From Mobula hypostoma (lineage: Eukaryota): DNA of 64,000 bases. The translations under genes were made by a program, and so were the position numbers. The notes below the pieces were generated by a model. It was not told the origin of the DNA. It ran no database searches and was given only the letters and a program-made list of their open reading frames with translations. Positions 15,001 to 30,000 of this stretch are shown piece after piece (positions within the stretch are counted from its first letter, which is position 1; each line of letters begins with the position of its first letter). The DNA is taken from assembly GCF_963921235.1 (NCBI RefSeq), contig NC_086108.1, positions 5,146,001 to 5,210,000 of the forward strand. The letters run 5' to 3'.

Positions 15001-18000
15001 ACGAGTGTCAGTGGTTACAGTGAGGGGGAGGGAATCGCTGTACGAGTGTCAGTGGTTATAGTAAGGGGGGAATCCGTGCATGAGTGTCAGAGGTTACAGT
15101 GAGGGGGGAATCCCTTTACGAGTGTCAGTGGTTACAGTGAGGGGGGAATCCCTGTACGAGTGTCAGTGGTTACAGTGAGGGGGAGGGAATCCCTGTACGA
15201 GTGTCAGTGGTTACAGTGAGGGGGGAATCCCTGTACGAGTGTCAGTGGTTACAGTGAGGAGGGGAATCCCTGTAGGGGTGTCAGTGGTTACAGTGAGGGA
15301 GGAATCCCTGTACGAGTGTGAGTGGTTACAGTGAGGGGGAGGGGAATCCCTGTACGAGTGTCAGTGATTACAGTGTGGGGGGAGAATCCCTGTAGAAGTG
15401 TCAGTGGTTACACTGAGGGGGGTGAATCCCTGTACGAGTGTCAGTGGTTACAGTGAGGGGGGGAATCCCTGTACGAGTGTCAGTGGTTACAGTGAGGGGG
15501 GGAATCCCTGTACGAGTGTCAGTGGTTACAGTGAGGGGGGAATCCCTGTACGAGTGTCAGTGGTTACAGTGAGGGGGGGAAATCCCTGTACGAGTGTCAG
15601 TGGTTACAGTGAGGGGTGGGAATCCCTGTACGAGTGTCAGTGGTTACAGTGAGGGGAGGGATCCCTGTACGAGTGTCAGTGGTTACAGTGAGGGGGGGAA
15701 TCCCTGTACGAGTGTCAGTGGTTACAGTGAGGGGGGGGGAATCCCTGTACGAGTGTCAGTGGTTACAGTGAGGGAGGGAATCCCTGTACGAGTGTCAGTG
15801 GTTACAGTGAGGGGGGGGAATCCCTGTACGAGTGTCAGTGGTTACAGTGAGGGGGGGGAAATCCCTGTACGAGTGTCAGTGGTTACAGTGAGGGGGGGAA
15901 TCCCTGTACGAGTGTCAGTGGTTACAGTGAGGGGGGAATCCCTGTACGAGTGTCAGTGGTTACAGTGAGGGGAGGAATCGCTGTACAAGTGTCAGTGGTT
16001 ACAGTGGGGGGGAGGAATCCCTGTACGAGTGTCAGTGGTTACAGTGACGGGGTGGAATCCCTTACGAGTGTCAGTGGTTACAGTGAGGGAGGGAATCCCT
16101 GTACGAGTGTCAGTGGTTACAGTGAGGGGGAGGGGGGAATCCCTGTACGAGTGTCAGTGGTTACAGTGAGAGGGGGAATCCCTGTACGAGTGTCAGTGGT
16201 TACAGTGAGAGGGGGAATCCCTGTACGAGTGTCAGTGGTTACAGTGAGGGGGGGAATCCCTGTACGAGTGTCAGTGGTTACAGTGAGGGGGAGGGAATCC
16301 CTGTACGAGTGTCAGTGGTTACAGTGAGGGGGGAATCCCTGTACGAGTGTCAGTGGTTACAGTGAGGGGGGAATCCCTGTACGAGTGTCAGTGGTTACAG
16401 TGAGGGGGGGGGGAATCCCTGTACGAGTGTCAGTGGTTACAGTGAGGGGGTGGGAATCCCTGTACGAGTGTCAGTGGTTACAGTGAGCGGGGGAATCCCT
16501 GTACGAGTGTCAGTGGTTACAGTGAGGGGGGGAATCCCTGTACGAGTGTCAGTGGTTACAGTGAGGGGGGAATCCCTGTACGAGTGTCAGTGGTTACAGT
16601 GAGGGGGGGAATCCCTGTACGAGTGTCAGTGGTTACAGTGAGGGGGGGAATCCCTGTACGAGTGTCAGTGGTTACAGTGAGGGGGGAATCCCTGTACGAG
16701 TGTCAGTGGTTACAGTGTGGGGGGTAATCCCTGTACGAGTGTCAGTGGTTACAGTGAGGGGGGGAATCCCTGTACGAGTGTCAGTGGTTACAGTGAGGGG
16801 GGAATCCCTGTACGAGTGTCAGTGGTTACAGTGAGGGGGGGAATCCCTGTACGAGTGTCAGTGGTTACAGTGAGGGGGGAATCCCTGTACGAGTGTCAGT
16901 GGTTACAGTGAGGGGGGAATCCCTGTACGAGTGTCAGTGGTTACAGTGACGGGGGGGAATCCTTTACGAGTGTCAGTGGTTACAGTGAGGGAGGGAATCC
17001 CTGTACGAGTGTCAGTGGTTACAGTGAGGGGAGGGGGGAATTCCCGTACGAGTGTCAGTGGTTACAGTGAGGGGGGGAATCCCTGTACGAGTGTCAGTGG
17101 TTACAGTGAGGGGTGGGGGAATCCCTGTACGAGTGTCAGTGGTTACAGTGAGAGGGGGGAATCCCGGTACGAGTGTCAGTGGTTACAGTGAGGGGGGAGA
17201 CCCTGTACGAGTGTCAGTGGTTACAGTGAGGGGGGGAATCCCTGTACGAGTGTCAGTGGTTACAGTGAGGGGGGGAATCCCTGTACGAGTGTCAGTGGTT
17301 ACAGTGAGGGGGGGAATCCCTGTACGAGTGTCAGTGGTTACAGTGAGGGGGGATCCCTGTACGAGTGTCAGTGGTTACAGTGAGGGGGGGAATCCCTGTA
17401 CGAGTGTCAGTGGTTACAGTGGGGGGGGGATCGCTGTACGAATGTCACTGCATACAGTGAGAGGGAGGGAATCCCTGTATGAGTGTCAGTGGTTATAGTG
17501 AGGGGGGGGGAATCCTTGTATGAGTGTCAGTGGTTACAGTGAAGGAGGGGTATCCTTGTACTATTGTCAGTGGTTACAGTGAGGGGGGGAATCCCTGTAC
17601 GAGTGTCAGTGGTTACAGTGAGGGGGGGAATCCCTGTACGAGTGTCAGTGGTTACAGTGAGGGGGGAATCCCTGTACGAGTGTCAGTGGTTACAGTGAGG
17701 GGGGGAAATCCCTGTACGAGTGTCAGTGGTTACAGTGAGGGGGAGGGGAATCCCTGTACAAGTGTCAGTGGTTACAGTGAGGGGGGGGGATCCCTGTACG
17801 AGTGTCAGTGGTTACAGTGAGGGGGGATCCCTGTACGAGTGTCAGTGGTTACAGTGAGGGGTGGAATCCCTGTACGAGTGTCAGTGGTTACAGTGAGGGG
17901 GGGAATCCCTGTACGAGTGTCAGTGGTTACAGTGAGGGGGGGAATCCCTGTACGAGTGTCAGTGGTTACAGTGAGGGGGGGAATCCCTGTACGAGTGTCA

Positions 18001-21000
18001 GTGGTTACAGTGAGGGGGGGGAATCCCTGTACGAGTGTCAGTGGTTACAGTGAGGGGGAGGGGGGAATCCCTGTACGAGTGTCAGTGGTTACAGTGAGGG
18101 GGGGAATCCCTGTACGAGTGTCAGTGGTTACAGTGAGGGGGGATCCCTGTATGAGGGTCAGAGGTTACAGTGAGGAGGGAATCCCTGTACGAGTGTCAGT
18201 GGTTACAGTGGGGGGGGGATCCCTGTACGAGTGTCAGTGGTTACAGTGAGGGGGGGGGATCCCTGTACGAGTGTCAGTGGTTACAGTGAGGGGGGGAATC
18301 CCTGTACGAGTGTCAGTGGTTACAGTGAGGGGTGGGGGAATCCCTGTACGAGTGTCAGTGGTTACAGTGAGGGTGGATCCCTGTATGAGTGTCAGTGGTT
18401 ACATTGAGGGGGGAATGCCTGTACGAGTGTGGGTGGTTACAGTGAGGGGGTGGGAATCCCTGTACGAGTGTCAGTGGTTACAGTGAGGCGGGGGAATCCC
18501 TGTACGAGTGTCAGTGGTTACAGTGAGGGGGGGAATCCCTGTACGAGTGTCAGTGGTTACAGTGAGGGGGGGAATCCCTGTACGAGTGTCAGTGGTTACA
18601 GTGAAGGAGGGGAATCCCTGTACGATTGTCAGTGGTTACAGTGAGGGGGGAATCCCTGTACGAGTGTCAGTGGTTACAGTGAGGGGGGGAATCCCTGTAC
18701 GAGTGTCAGTGGTTACAGTGAGGGGGGAATCCCTGTACGAGTGTCAGTGGTTACAGTGAGGGGGGGAATCCCTGTACGAGTGTCAGTGGTTACAGTGAGG
18801 GGGGGGTATCCCTGTACGAGTGTCAGTGGTTACAGTGAGGGGGGGGAAATCCCTGTACGAGTGTCAGTGGTTACAGTGAGGGGGGAATCCCTGTACGAGT
18901 GTCAGTGGTTACAGTGAGGGGGGGAATCCCTGTACGAGTGTCAGTGGTTACAGTGAGGGGGGGAATCCCTGTACGAGTGTCAGTGGTTACAGTGAGGGGG
19001 GGAATCCCTGTACGAGTGTCAGTGGTTACAGTGAGGGGGGGGAATCCCTGTACGAGTGTCAGTGGTTACAGTGAGGGGGGGAATCCCTGTACGAGTGTCA
19101 GTGGTTACAGTGAAGGAGGGGAATCCCTGTACCAGTGTCAGTGGTTACAGTGAGGGGGGATCCCCGTACGAGTGTCAGTGGTTACAGTGAGGGCGGGAAT
19201 CCCTGTACGAGTGTCAGTGGTTACAGTGAGGGGGGAATCCCTGTACGAGTGTCAGTGGTTACAGTGAGGGGGGGAAATCCCTGTACGAGTGTCAGTGGTT
19301 ACAGTGAGGGGGGGAATCCCTGTACGAGTGTCAGTGGTTACAGTGAGGGGGGGAATCCCTGTACGAGTGTCAGTGGTTACAGTGAGGGGGGGCGGGAATC
19401 CCTGTACGAGTGTCAGTGGTTACAGTGAGGGGGGGAATCCCTGTACGAGTGTCAGTGGTTACAGTGAGGGGGGGGGAATCCCTGTACGAGTGTCAGTGGT
19501 TACAGTGAGGGGGGGAATCCCTGTACGAGTGTCAGTGGTTACAGTGAGGGGGGGAATCCCTGTACGAGTGTCAGTGGTTACAGTGAGGGGGGGAATCCCT
19601 GTACGAGTGTCAGTGGTTACAGTGAGGGGGGGAATCCCTGTACGAGTGTCAGTGGTTACAGTGAGGGGAGGAATCACTGTACAAGTGTCAGTGGTTACAG
19701 TGAGGGGGGAATCCCTGTACGAGTGTCAGTGGTTACAGTGAGGGGGGAATCCCTGTACGAGTGTCAGTGGTTACAGTGAGGGGGAGGGGGGAATCCCTGT
19801 ACGAGTGTCAGTGGTTACAGTGAGGGAGGGAATCCCTGTACGAGTGTCAGTGGTTACAGTGAGAGGGGGAATCCCTGTACGAGTGTCAGTGGTTACAGTG
19901 AGGGGTGGGGGAATCCCTGTACGAGTGTCAGTGGTTACAGTGAGGGGGGGAATCCCTGTACGAGTGTCAGTGGTTACAGTGAGGGGGGAATCCCTGTACG
20001 AGTGTCAGTGGTTACAGTGATGGGGGGAATCCCTGTACGAGTGTCAGTGGTTACAGTGAGGGGGGGGGGAATCCCTGTACGTGTGTCAGTGGTTACAGTG
20101 AGGGGGTGGGAATCCCTGTACGAGTGTCAGTGGTTACAGTGAGGGGGGAATCCCTGTACGAGTGTCAGTGGTTACAGTTAGGAGGGGAATCCCTGTAGGA
20201 GTGTCAGTGGTTACAGTAAGGGGGGAATCCCTGTACGAGTGTAAGTGGTTACAGTGAGGGGAGGAATCCCTGTACGAGTGTCAGTGGTTCCAGTGAGGGG
20301 GGGGGAATCCCTGTACGAGTGTCAGTGGTTACAGTGAGGGGGGAATCCCTGTACGAGTGTCAGTGGTTACAGTGAGGGGGGGAATCCCTGTACGAGTGTC
20401 AGTGGTTACAGTGAGGGGGAGGGGGGAATTCCTGTACGAGTGTCAGTGGATACAGTGAGGTAGGGAATCCCTGTACGAGTGTCAGTGGTTACAGTGAGAG
20501 GGGGAATCCCTGTACGAGTGTCAGTGGTTACAGTGAGGGGTGGGGGCATCTCTGTACGAATGACAGTGGTTACAGTGAGAGGGGGGAATCCCGGTACGAG
20601 TGTCAGTGGTTACAGTGGGGGGGAATCCCTGTACGAGTGTCAGTGGTTACAGTGGGGAGGGATCCCTGTACGAGTGTCAGTGGTTACAGTGAGGGGGGGG
20701 AATCCCTGTACGAGTGTCAGTGGTTACAGTGGGGGGGGAATCCCTGTACGAGTGTCAGTGGTTACAGTGAGGGGGGGAATCCCTGTACGAGTGTCAGTGG
20801 TTACAGTGAGGGGGGGGAATCCCTGTACGAGTGTCAGTGGTTACAGTGAGGGGGGGAATCCCTGTACGAGTGTCAGTGGTTACAGTGAGGGGGGAATCCC
20901 TGTACGAGTGTCAGTGGTTACAGTGAGGGGGGAATCCCTGTACGAGTGTCAGTGGTTACAGTGAGGGGGGAATCCCTGTACGAGTGTCAGTGGTTACAGT

Positions 21001-24000
21001 GAGGGGGGGGAATCCCTGTACGAGTGTCAGTGGTTATTGTGAGGGGGGGTATCCCTGCACGAGTGTCAGTGGTTACAGTGAGGGGGGGGGTATCTTTGTA
21101 CGAGTGTCAGTGGTTACAGTGAGGGGGGGAATCCCTGTACGAGTGTCAGTGGTTACAGTGAGGGGGGGAATCCCTGTACGAGTGTCAGTGGTTACAGTGA
21201 GGGGGGGAATCCCTGTACGAGTGTCAGTGGTTACAGTGGGGGGGGGAATCCCTGTACGAGTGTCAGTGGTTACAGTGAGGGGGGAATCCCTGTACGAGTG
21301 TCAGTGGTTACAGTGAGGGGGGGAATCCCTGTACGAGTGTCAGTGGTTACAGTGAGGGGGGAATCCCTGTACGAGTGTCAGTGGTTACAGTGAGGGGGGG
21401 GGGAATCCCTGTACGAGTGTCAGTGGTTACAGTGAGGGGGGAATCCCTGTACGAGTGTCAGTGGTTACAGTGAGGGGGGAATCCCTGTACGAGTGTCAGT
21501 GGTTACAGTGAGGGGGGGAATCCCTGTACGAGTGTCAGTGGTTACAGTGAGGGGGGGAATCCCTGTACGAGTGTCAGTGGTTACAGTGAGGGGGGGAATC
21601 CCTGTACGAGTGTCAGTGGTTACAGTGGGGGGGGAATCCCTGTACGAGTGTCAGTGGTTACAGTGGGGAATCCCTGTACAGTGTCAGTGTTACAGTGAAG
21701 GAGGGGAATCCCTGTACGAGTGTCAGTGGTTACAGTGAGGGGGGGAATCCCTGTACGAGTGTCAGTGGTTACAGTGAGGGGGGGAATCCCTGTACGAGTG
21801 TCAGTGGTTACAGTGGGGGGGGAATCCCTGTACGAGTGTCAGTGGTTACAGTGAGGGGGGGAATCCCTGTACGAGTGTCAGTGGTTACAGTGGGGGGGGA
21901 ATCCCTGTACGAGTGTCAGTGGTTACAGTGAGGGGGGAATCCCTGTACGAGTGTCAGTGGTTACAGTGAGGGGGGAATCCCTGTACGAGTGTCAGTGGTT
22001 ACAGTGAGGGGGAGGGAATCCCTGTACGAGTGTCAGTGGTTACAGTGAGGGGGGAATCCCTGTACGAGTGTCAGTGGTTACAGTGAGGGGGGATCCCTGT
22101 ACGAGTGTCAGTGGTTACAGTGAGGGGGGGAATCCCTGTACGAGTGTCAGTGGTTACAGTGAGGGGGGGAATCCCTGTACGAGTGTCAGTGGTTACAGTG
22201 AGGGGGGGAATCCCTGTACGAGTGTCAGTGGTTACAGTGGGGGGAATCCCTGTACGAGTGTCAGTGGTTACAGTGAGGGGGGAATCCCTGTACGAGTGTC
22301 AGTGGTTACAGTGAGGGGGGAATCCCTGTACGAGTGTCAGTGGTTACAGTGAGGGGGGAATCCCTGTACGAGTGTCAGTGGTTACAGTGAGGGGGGAATC
22401 CCTGTACGAGTGTCAGTGGTTACAGTGAGGGGGGAATCCCTGTACGAGTGTCAGTGGTTACAGTGAGGGGGGGGGAATCCCTGTACGAGTGTCAGTGGTT
22501 ACAGTGAGGGGGGAATCCCTGTACGAGTGTCAGTGGTTACAGTGAGGGGGGGAATCCCTGTACGAGTGTCAGTGGTTACAGTGAGGGGGGAATCCCTGTA
22601 CGAGTGTCAGTGGTTACAGTGAGGGGGGGAATCCCTGTACGAGTGTCAGTGGTTACAGTGAGGGGGGGAATCCCTGTACGAGTGTCAGTGGTTACAGTGA
22701 GGGGGGGAATCCCTGTACGAGTGTCAGTGGTTACAGTGGGGGGGGAATCCCTGTACGAGTGTCAGTGGTTACAGTGAGGGGGGAATCCCTGTACGAGTGT
22801 CAGTGGTTACAGTGAGGGGGGGGAATCCCTGTACGAGTGTCAGTGGTTACAGTGAGGGGGGGAATCCCTGTACGAGTGTCAGTGGTTACAGTGAGGGGGG
22901 GAATCCCTGTACGAGTGTCAGTGGTTACAGTGGGGGGGGGAATCCCTGTACGAGTGTCAGTGGTTACAGTGAGGGGGGAATCCCTGTACGAGTGTCAGTG
23001 GTTACAGTGAGGGGGGGAATCCCTGTACGAGTGTCAGTGGTTACAGTGAGGGGGGGAATCCCTGTACGAGTGTCAGTGGTTACAGTGAGGGGGGAATCCC
23101 TGTACGAGTGTCAGTGGTTACAGTGAGGGGGGAATCCCTGTACGAGTGTCAGTGGTTACAGTGAGGGGGGGGAATCCCTGTACGAGTGTCAGTGGTTACA
23201 GTGGGGGGGGAATCCCTGTACGAGTGTCAGTGGTTACAGTGAGGGGTGCGGGAATCCCTGTACGAGTGTCAGTGGTTACAGTGAGGGGGGGAATCCCTGT
23301 ACGAGTGTCAGTGGTTACAGTGAGGGGTGGAATCCCTGTACGAGTGTCAGTGGTTACAGTGAGGGGGGAATCCCTGTACGAGTGTCAGTGGTTACAGTGA
23401 GGGGGGGGGGAATCCCTGTACGAGTGTCAGTGGTTACAGTGAGGGGGGGTATCCCTGTACGAGTGTCAGTGGTTACAGTGAGGGGGGGGGAATCCCTGTA
23501 CGAGTGTCAGTGGTTACAGTGAGGGGGGGGAATCCCTGTACGAGTGTCAGTGGTTACAGTGAGGGGGGGAATCCCTGTACGAGTGTCAGTGGTTACAGTG
23601 AGGGGGGGAATCCCTGTACGAGTGTCAGTGGTTACAGTGAGGGGGGGAATCCCTGTACGAGTGTCAGTGGTTACAGTGAGGGGAGGAATCCCTGTACGAG
23701 TGTCAGTGGTTACAGTGAGGGGGGACTCCCTGTACGAGTGTCAGTGGTTACAGTGAGGGGGGAATCCCTGTACGAGTGTCAGTGGTTACAGTGAGGGGGA
23801 GGGGGGAATCCCTGTACGAGTGTCAGTGGTTACAGTGAGGGGGGGAATCCCTGTACGAGTGTCAGTGGTTACAGTGAGAGGGGGAATCCCTGTACGAGTG
23901 TCAGTGGTTACAGTGAGGGGTGGGGGAATCTCTGTACGAATGACAGTGGTTACAGTGAGAGGGGGGAATCCCGGTACGAGTGTCAGTGGTTAGAGTAAGG

Positions 24001-27000
24001 GGGGAATCCCTGCACGAGTGTCAGAGGTTACAGTGAGGGGGGAATCCCTGTACGAGTGTCAGTGGTTACAGTGAGGGGGGGAATCCCTGTACGAGTGTCA
24101 GTGGTTACAGTGAGGGGGAGGGAATCCCTGTACGAGTGTCAGTGGTTACAGTGAGGGGGGAATCCCTGTACGAGTGTCAGTGGTTACAGTTAGGAGGGGA
24201 ATCCCTGTAGGAGTGTCAGTGGTTACAGTAAGGGGGGAATCCCTGTACGAGTGTAAGTGGTTACAGTGAGGGGAGGAATCCCTGTACGAGTGTCAGTGGT
24301 TACAGTGAGGGGGGGGGAATCCCTGTACGAGTGTCAGTGATTACAGTGAGGGGGGAATCCCTGTACGAGTGTCAGTGGTTACAGTGAGGGGGGGAATCCC
24401 TGTACGAGTGTCAGTGGTTACAGTGAGGGGGAGGGGGGAATCCCTGTACGAGTGTCAGTGGTTACAGTGAGGGGGAGGGGGGAATCCCTGTACGAGTGTC
24501 AGTGGTTACAGTGAGAGGGGGAATCCCTGTACGAGTGTCAGTGGTTACAGTGAGGGGTGGGGGAATCTCTGTACGAATGTCAGTGGTTACAGTGAGAGGG
24601 GGGAATCCCGGTACGAGTGTCAGTGGTTACAGTGAGGGGGGAGTCCCTGTACGAGTGTCAGTGGTGACAGTGGGGAGAGGGATCGCTGTACGAGTGTCAG
24701 TGGTTACAGTGAGGGGGAGGGAATCCCTGTACGAGTGTCAGTGTTTACAGTGGGGGGGGAATCCCTGTACGGGTGTCAGTGGTTACTGTGAGGGGGGAAA
24801 TCCATGTATGAATGTCACTGGTTACAGTGAGGGGGAGGGAATCCCTGTACGAGTGTCAGTCGTTACAGTGAGGGGGGGGAATCCCTGTACGAGTGTCGGT
24901 GGTTACAGTGAGCGGGGAATCCGTATACGAGTGTCAGTGGTTACAGTGAGGGGGTAATCCCTTTACGAGTGTCAGTGGTTACAGTGAGGGGGGAATCCCT
25001 GTACGAGTGTCAGTGGTTACAGTGAGGGGGGGAATCCCTGTACGAGTGTCAGTGGTTACAGTGAGGGGGGGAATCCCTGTACGAGTGTCAGTGGTTACAG
25101 TGAGGGGAGGGGGGAATTCCCGTACGAGTGTCAGTGGTTACAGTGAGAGGGGGGAATCCCTGTACGAGTGTCAGTGGTTACAGTGAAGGAGGGGAATCCC
25201 TGTACTAGTGTCAGTGGTTACAGTGAGGGGGGGAATCCCTCTACGAGTGTCAGTGGTTACAGTGAGGGGGGGGAATCCCTGTACGAGTGTCAGTGGTTAC
25301 AGTGATGGGGGGGGAATCCCTGTACGAGTGTCAGTGGTTACAGTGAGGGGGGGAATCCCGTACGAGTGCAGTGGTTACATGAGGGGGGATTCCCTGTACG
25401 AGTGTCAGTGGTTACAGTGGGCGGGGGGAATCCCTGTACGAGTGTCAGTGGTTACAGTGAGGGGGGGAATCCCTGTACGAGTGTCAGTGGTTACAGTGAG
25501 GGGGGAATCCCTGTACGAGTGTCAGTGGTTACAGTGAGGGGAGGGAAATCCCTGTACGAGTGTCAGTGGTTCAGTGAGGGGGGGGATCCCTGTACGAGTG
25601 TCAGTGGTTACAGTGAGGGGGGGAATCCCTGTACGAGTGTCAGTGGTTACAGTGGGGGGGGAATCCCTGTAGAGTGTCAGTGGTTACAGTTGAGGGTAAT
25701 CCCTGTACGAGTGTCAGTGGTTACAGTGAAGGAGGGGTATCCCTGTACGAGTGTCAGTGGTTACAGTGAGGGGGGGGGAATCCCTGTACGAGTGTCAGTG
25801 GTTACAGTGAGGGGGGGAAATCCCTGTATGAGTGTCAGTGGTTACAGTGGGGGGGGGAATCCCTGTACGAGTGTCAGTGGTTACAGTGAGGGGGGGAATC
25901 CCTGTACGAGTGTCGAGGTTACAGTGAGGGGGGGGAATCCCTGTACGAGTGTCAGTGGTTACAGTGAGGGGGGAATCCCTGTACGAGTGTCAGTGGTTAC
26001 AGTGAGGGGGGAATCCCTGTATGAGTGTCAGTGGTTACAGTGAGGGGGAGGGAATCCCTGTACGAGTGTCAGTGGTTACAGTGAGGGGGGAATCCCTGTA
26101 CGAGTGTCAGTGGTTACAGTGAGGGGGGGGATCCCTGTACGAGTGTCAGTGGTTACAGTGAGGGGGGGGATCCCTGTACGAGTGTCAGTGGTTACAGTGA
26201 GGGGGGGAATCCCTGTACGAGTGTCAGTGGTTACAGTGAGGGGAGGAATCCCTGTACGAGTGTCAGTGGTTACAGTGAGGGGTGTAATCCCTGTATGAGT
26301 GTCAGTGGTTACAGTGAGGGGGGAATCCCTGTACGAGTGTCAGTGGTTACCGTGATGGGGGGAATCCCTGTACGAGTGTCAGTGGTTACAGTGAGGGGGG
26401 AATCCCTGTACGAGTGTCAGTGGTTACAGTGAGGGGGGATCCCTGTACGAGTGTCAGTGGTTACAGTGATGGGGGAAATCCCTGTACGAGTGTCAGTGGT
26501 TACAGTGAGGGGGGAATCCCTGTACGAGTGTCAGTGGTTACAGTGAGGGGGGGAATCCCTGTACGAGTGTCAGTGGTTACAGTGAGGGGGGAATCCCTGT
26601 ACGAGTGTCAGTGGTTACAGTGAGGGGAGGAATCCCTGTACGAGTGTCAGTGGTTACAGTGAGGGGGGGAATCCCTGTACGAGTGTCAGTGGTTACAGTG
26701 AGGGGGGGAATCCCTGTATGAGTGTCAGTGGTTACAGTGATGGGGGGGGGAATCCCTGTACGAGTGTCAGTGGTTACAGTTAGGGGGGAATCCCTGTACG
26801 AGTGTCAGTGGTTACAGTGAGGGGGGGAATCCCTGTACGAGTGTCAGTGGTTACAGTGAGGGGGCAAATCCCTGTACAAGTGTCAGTGGTTACAGAGAGG
26901 GAGGGAATCCCTGTCTGAGTGTCAGTGTTTACAGTGGGGGGGGGGTGAATCTCTGTACGAGTGTCAGTGGTTACAGTGAGGGGGGAATCCCTGTATGAGA

Positions 27001-30000
27001 GTCAGTGGTTACAGTGAGGGGGGGATCCCTGTACGAGTGTCAGTGGTTACAGTGAAGGGGGAATCCCTGTACGAGTGTCAGTGGTTACAGTGAGGGGGGA
27101 TCCCTGTACGAGTGTCAAGTGGTTACAGTGAGGGGGGAATCCCTGTACGAGTGTCAGTGGTTACAGTGAGGTGGGGGGAGTCCCTGTACGAGTGTCAGTG
27201 GTTACAGTGAGGGGGGGAATCCCTGTACGAGTGTCAGTGGTTACAGTGAGGGGTGGGGGAATCTCTGTACGAGTGTCAGTGGTTACAGTGAGGGGGAAAT
27301 CCCTGTACGAGTGTCAGTGGTTACAGTGAGGGGGGAATCCCTGTATGAGAGTCAGTGGTTACAGTGAGGGGGGGAATCCCTGTACGAGTGTCAGTGGTTA
27401 CAGTGAGGGGGGGAATCCCTGTACGAGTGTCAGTGGTTACAGTGAGGGGTGGGGGAATCTCTGTACGAGTGTCAGTGGTTACAGTGAGGGGGAAATCCCT
27501 GTACGAGTGTCAGTGGTTACAGTGATGGGGGGGAATCCCTGTACGAGTGTCAGTGGTTACAGTGAGGGGGGAATCCCTGTACGAGTGTCAGTGGTTACAG
27601 TGAGGGGGGAATCCCTGTACGAGTGTCAGTGGTTACAGTCAGTGGGGGAAATCCCTGTACGAGTGTCAGTGGTTACAGTGGGGGGGGGGGGGAATCCCTG
27701 TACGAGTGTCAGTGGTTACAGTGAGGGGGGGAATCCCTGTACGAGTGTCAGTGGTTACAGTGAGGGAGGGGAATCCCTGTACGAGTGTCAGTGGTTACAG
27801 TGAGGGGGGGAATTCCTGTACGAGTGTCAGTGGTTACAGTGAGGGGGGCAAATCCCTGTCTGAGTGTCAGTGGTTACAGTGACGGGGGGTAATCCTTTAC
27901 GAGTGTCAGTGGTTACAGTGAGGGGGGAATCCCTGTACGAGTGTCAGTGGTTACAGTGAGGGGGGGAATCCCTGTACGAGTGTCAGTGGTTACAGTGAGG
28001 GGGGGAATCCCTGTACGAGTGTCAGTGGTTACAGTGGGGGGGAGGAATCCCTGTACGAGTGTCAGTGGTTACAGTGAGGGGGGGAATCCCTGTACGAGTG
28101 TCAGTGGTTACAATGAGGGGGGAATCCCTATACGAGTGTCAGTGGTTACAGTGATGGGGGGAATCCCTGTACGAGTGTCAGTGGTTACAGTGAGGGGGGA
28201 ATCGCTGTACGAGTGTCACTGGTTACAGTGAGGGGGGATCCCTGTACGAGTGTCAGTGGTTACAGTGAGGGGTGGAATCCCTGTACGAGTGTCAGTGGTT
28301 ACAGTGAGGGGGGAATCCCTATACGAGTGTCAGTGGTTACCGTGATGGGGGGAATCCCTGTATGAGTGTCAGTGGTTACAGTGAGGGGGGAATCCCTGTA
28401 CTATTGTCAGTGGTTACAGTGAGGGGAGGAATCCCTCTACGAGTGTCAGTGGTTACAGTGACGGGGGGGAATCCCTGTACGAGTGTCAGTAGTTACAGTG
28501 AGGGGGGGAATCCCTGTACGAGTGTCAGTGGTTACAGTGAGGGGGGGAATCCCTGTACGAGTGTCAGTGGTTACAGTGAGGGGGGAATCCCTGTACGAGT
28601 GTCAGTGGTTACAGTGAGGGGGAGAATCCCTGTACGAGTGTCAGAGGTAACAGTGAGGGGGCAAATCCCTGTACAAGTGTCAGTGGTTACAGAGAGAGGG
28701 AATCCCTGTCTGAGTGTCAGTGTTTACACTGGGGGGGGGAGGTGAATCTCTCTACGAGTGTCAATGGTTAAAGTGAGGGGGGAATCCCTGTACGAGTGTC
28801 AGTGGTTACAGTGAGGGGGGAATCCCTGTACGAGTGTCAGTGGTTACAGTGAGGGGGGAATCCCAGTACGAGTGTCCGTGGTTACAGTGAGGGGGGATCC
28901 CTGTACGAGTGTCAGTGGTTACAGTGAGGGGGGAATCCCTGTACGAGTGTCAGTGGTTACAGTGTGGGGGGGGGAATCCCTGTACGAGTGTCAGTGGTTA
29001 CAGTGAGGGGGGGGAATCCCTCTACGAGTGTCAGAGGTTACAGTGAGGGGTGGGGGAATCCTTGTACGAGTGTCAGTGGTCACAGTGAGGGGGAAATCCC
29101 TGTACGAGTGTCACTGGTTACAGTGAGGGGGGAATCCCTGTATGAGTGTCAGTGGTTACAGTGAGGGGAGGGAATCCCTGTACGAGTGTCAGTGGTTACA
29201 GTGAGGGGGGGAATCCCTGTACGAGTGTCAGTGGTTACAGTGAGGGGTGGGGGAATCCCTGTACGAGTGTCAGTGGTTACAGTGAGGGGGAAATCCCTGT
29301 ACGAGTGTCAGTGGTTACAGTGATGGGGGGGGAATCCCTGTACGAGTGTCAGTGGTTACAGTGAGGGGGGAATCCCTGTACGAGTGTCAGTGGTTACAGT
29401 GAGGGGGGAATCCCTGTACGAGTGTCAGTGGTTACAGTGAGGGGGGGAAATCCCTGTACGAGTGTCAGTGGTTACAGTGGGGGGAATCCCTGTACGAGTG
29501 TCAGTGGTTACAGTGAGGGGGGTAATCCCTGTACAAGTGCCAATGGCTACAGTGAGGGAGGGTGAATCCCTGTACGTGAGTCAGTGTTTACAGTGAGGGG
29601 GGCAAATCCCTGTCTGAGTGTCAGTGTTTACAGTAGGGGGGGAATCTCTCTACAAGTGTCAGTGGTTACAGTGAGGGGGAAATCCCTGTACGAGTGTCAG
29701 TGGTTACAGTGAGGGGGGGAATCCCTGTACGAGTGTCAGTGGTTACAGTGAGGGGGGAAATCCCTGTACGAGTGTCAGTGGTTACAGTGGGGGGGAGGAA
29801 TCCCTGTACGAGTGTCAGTGGTTACAGTGAGGGGGGGAATCCCTGTACGAGTGTCAGTGGTTACAGTGAGGGGGGAATCCCTGTACGAGTGTCAGTGGTT
29901 ACAGTGAGGGGGGAATCCCTGTATGAGTGTCAGAGGTTACAGTGAGGGGGGGGATCCCTGTACGAGTGTCAGTGGTTACAGTGGGTGGGGGGAATCCCTG

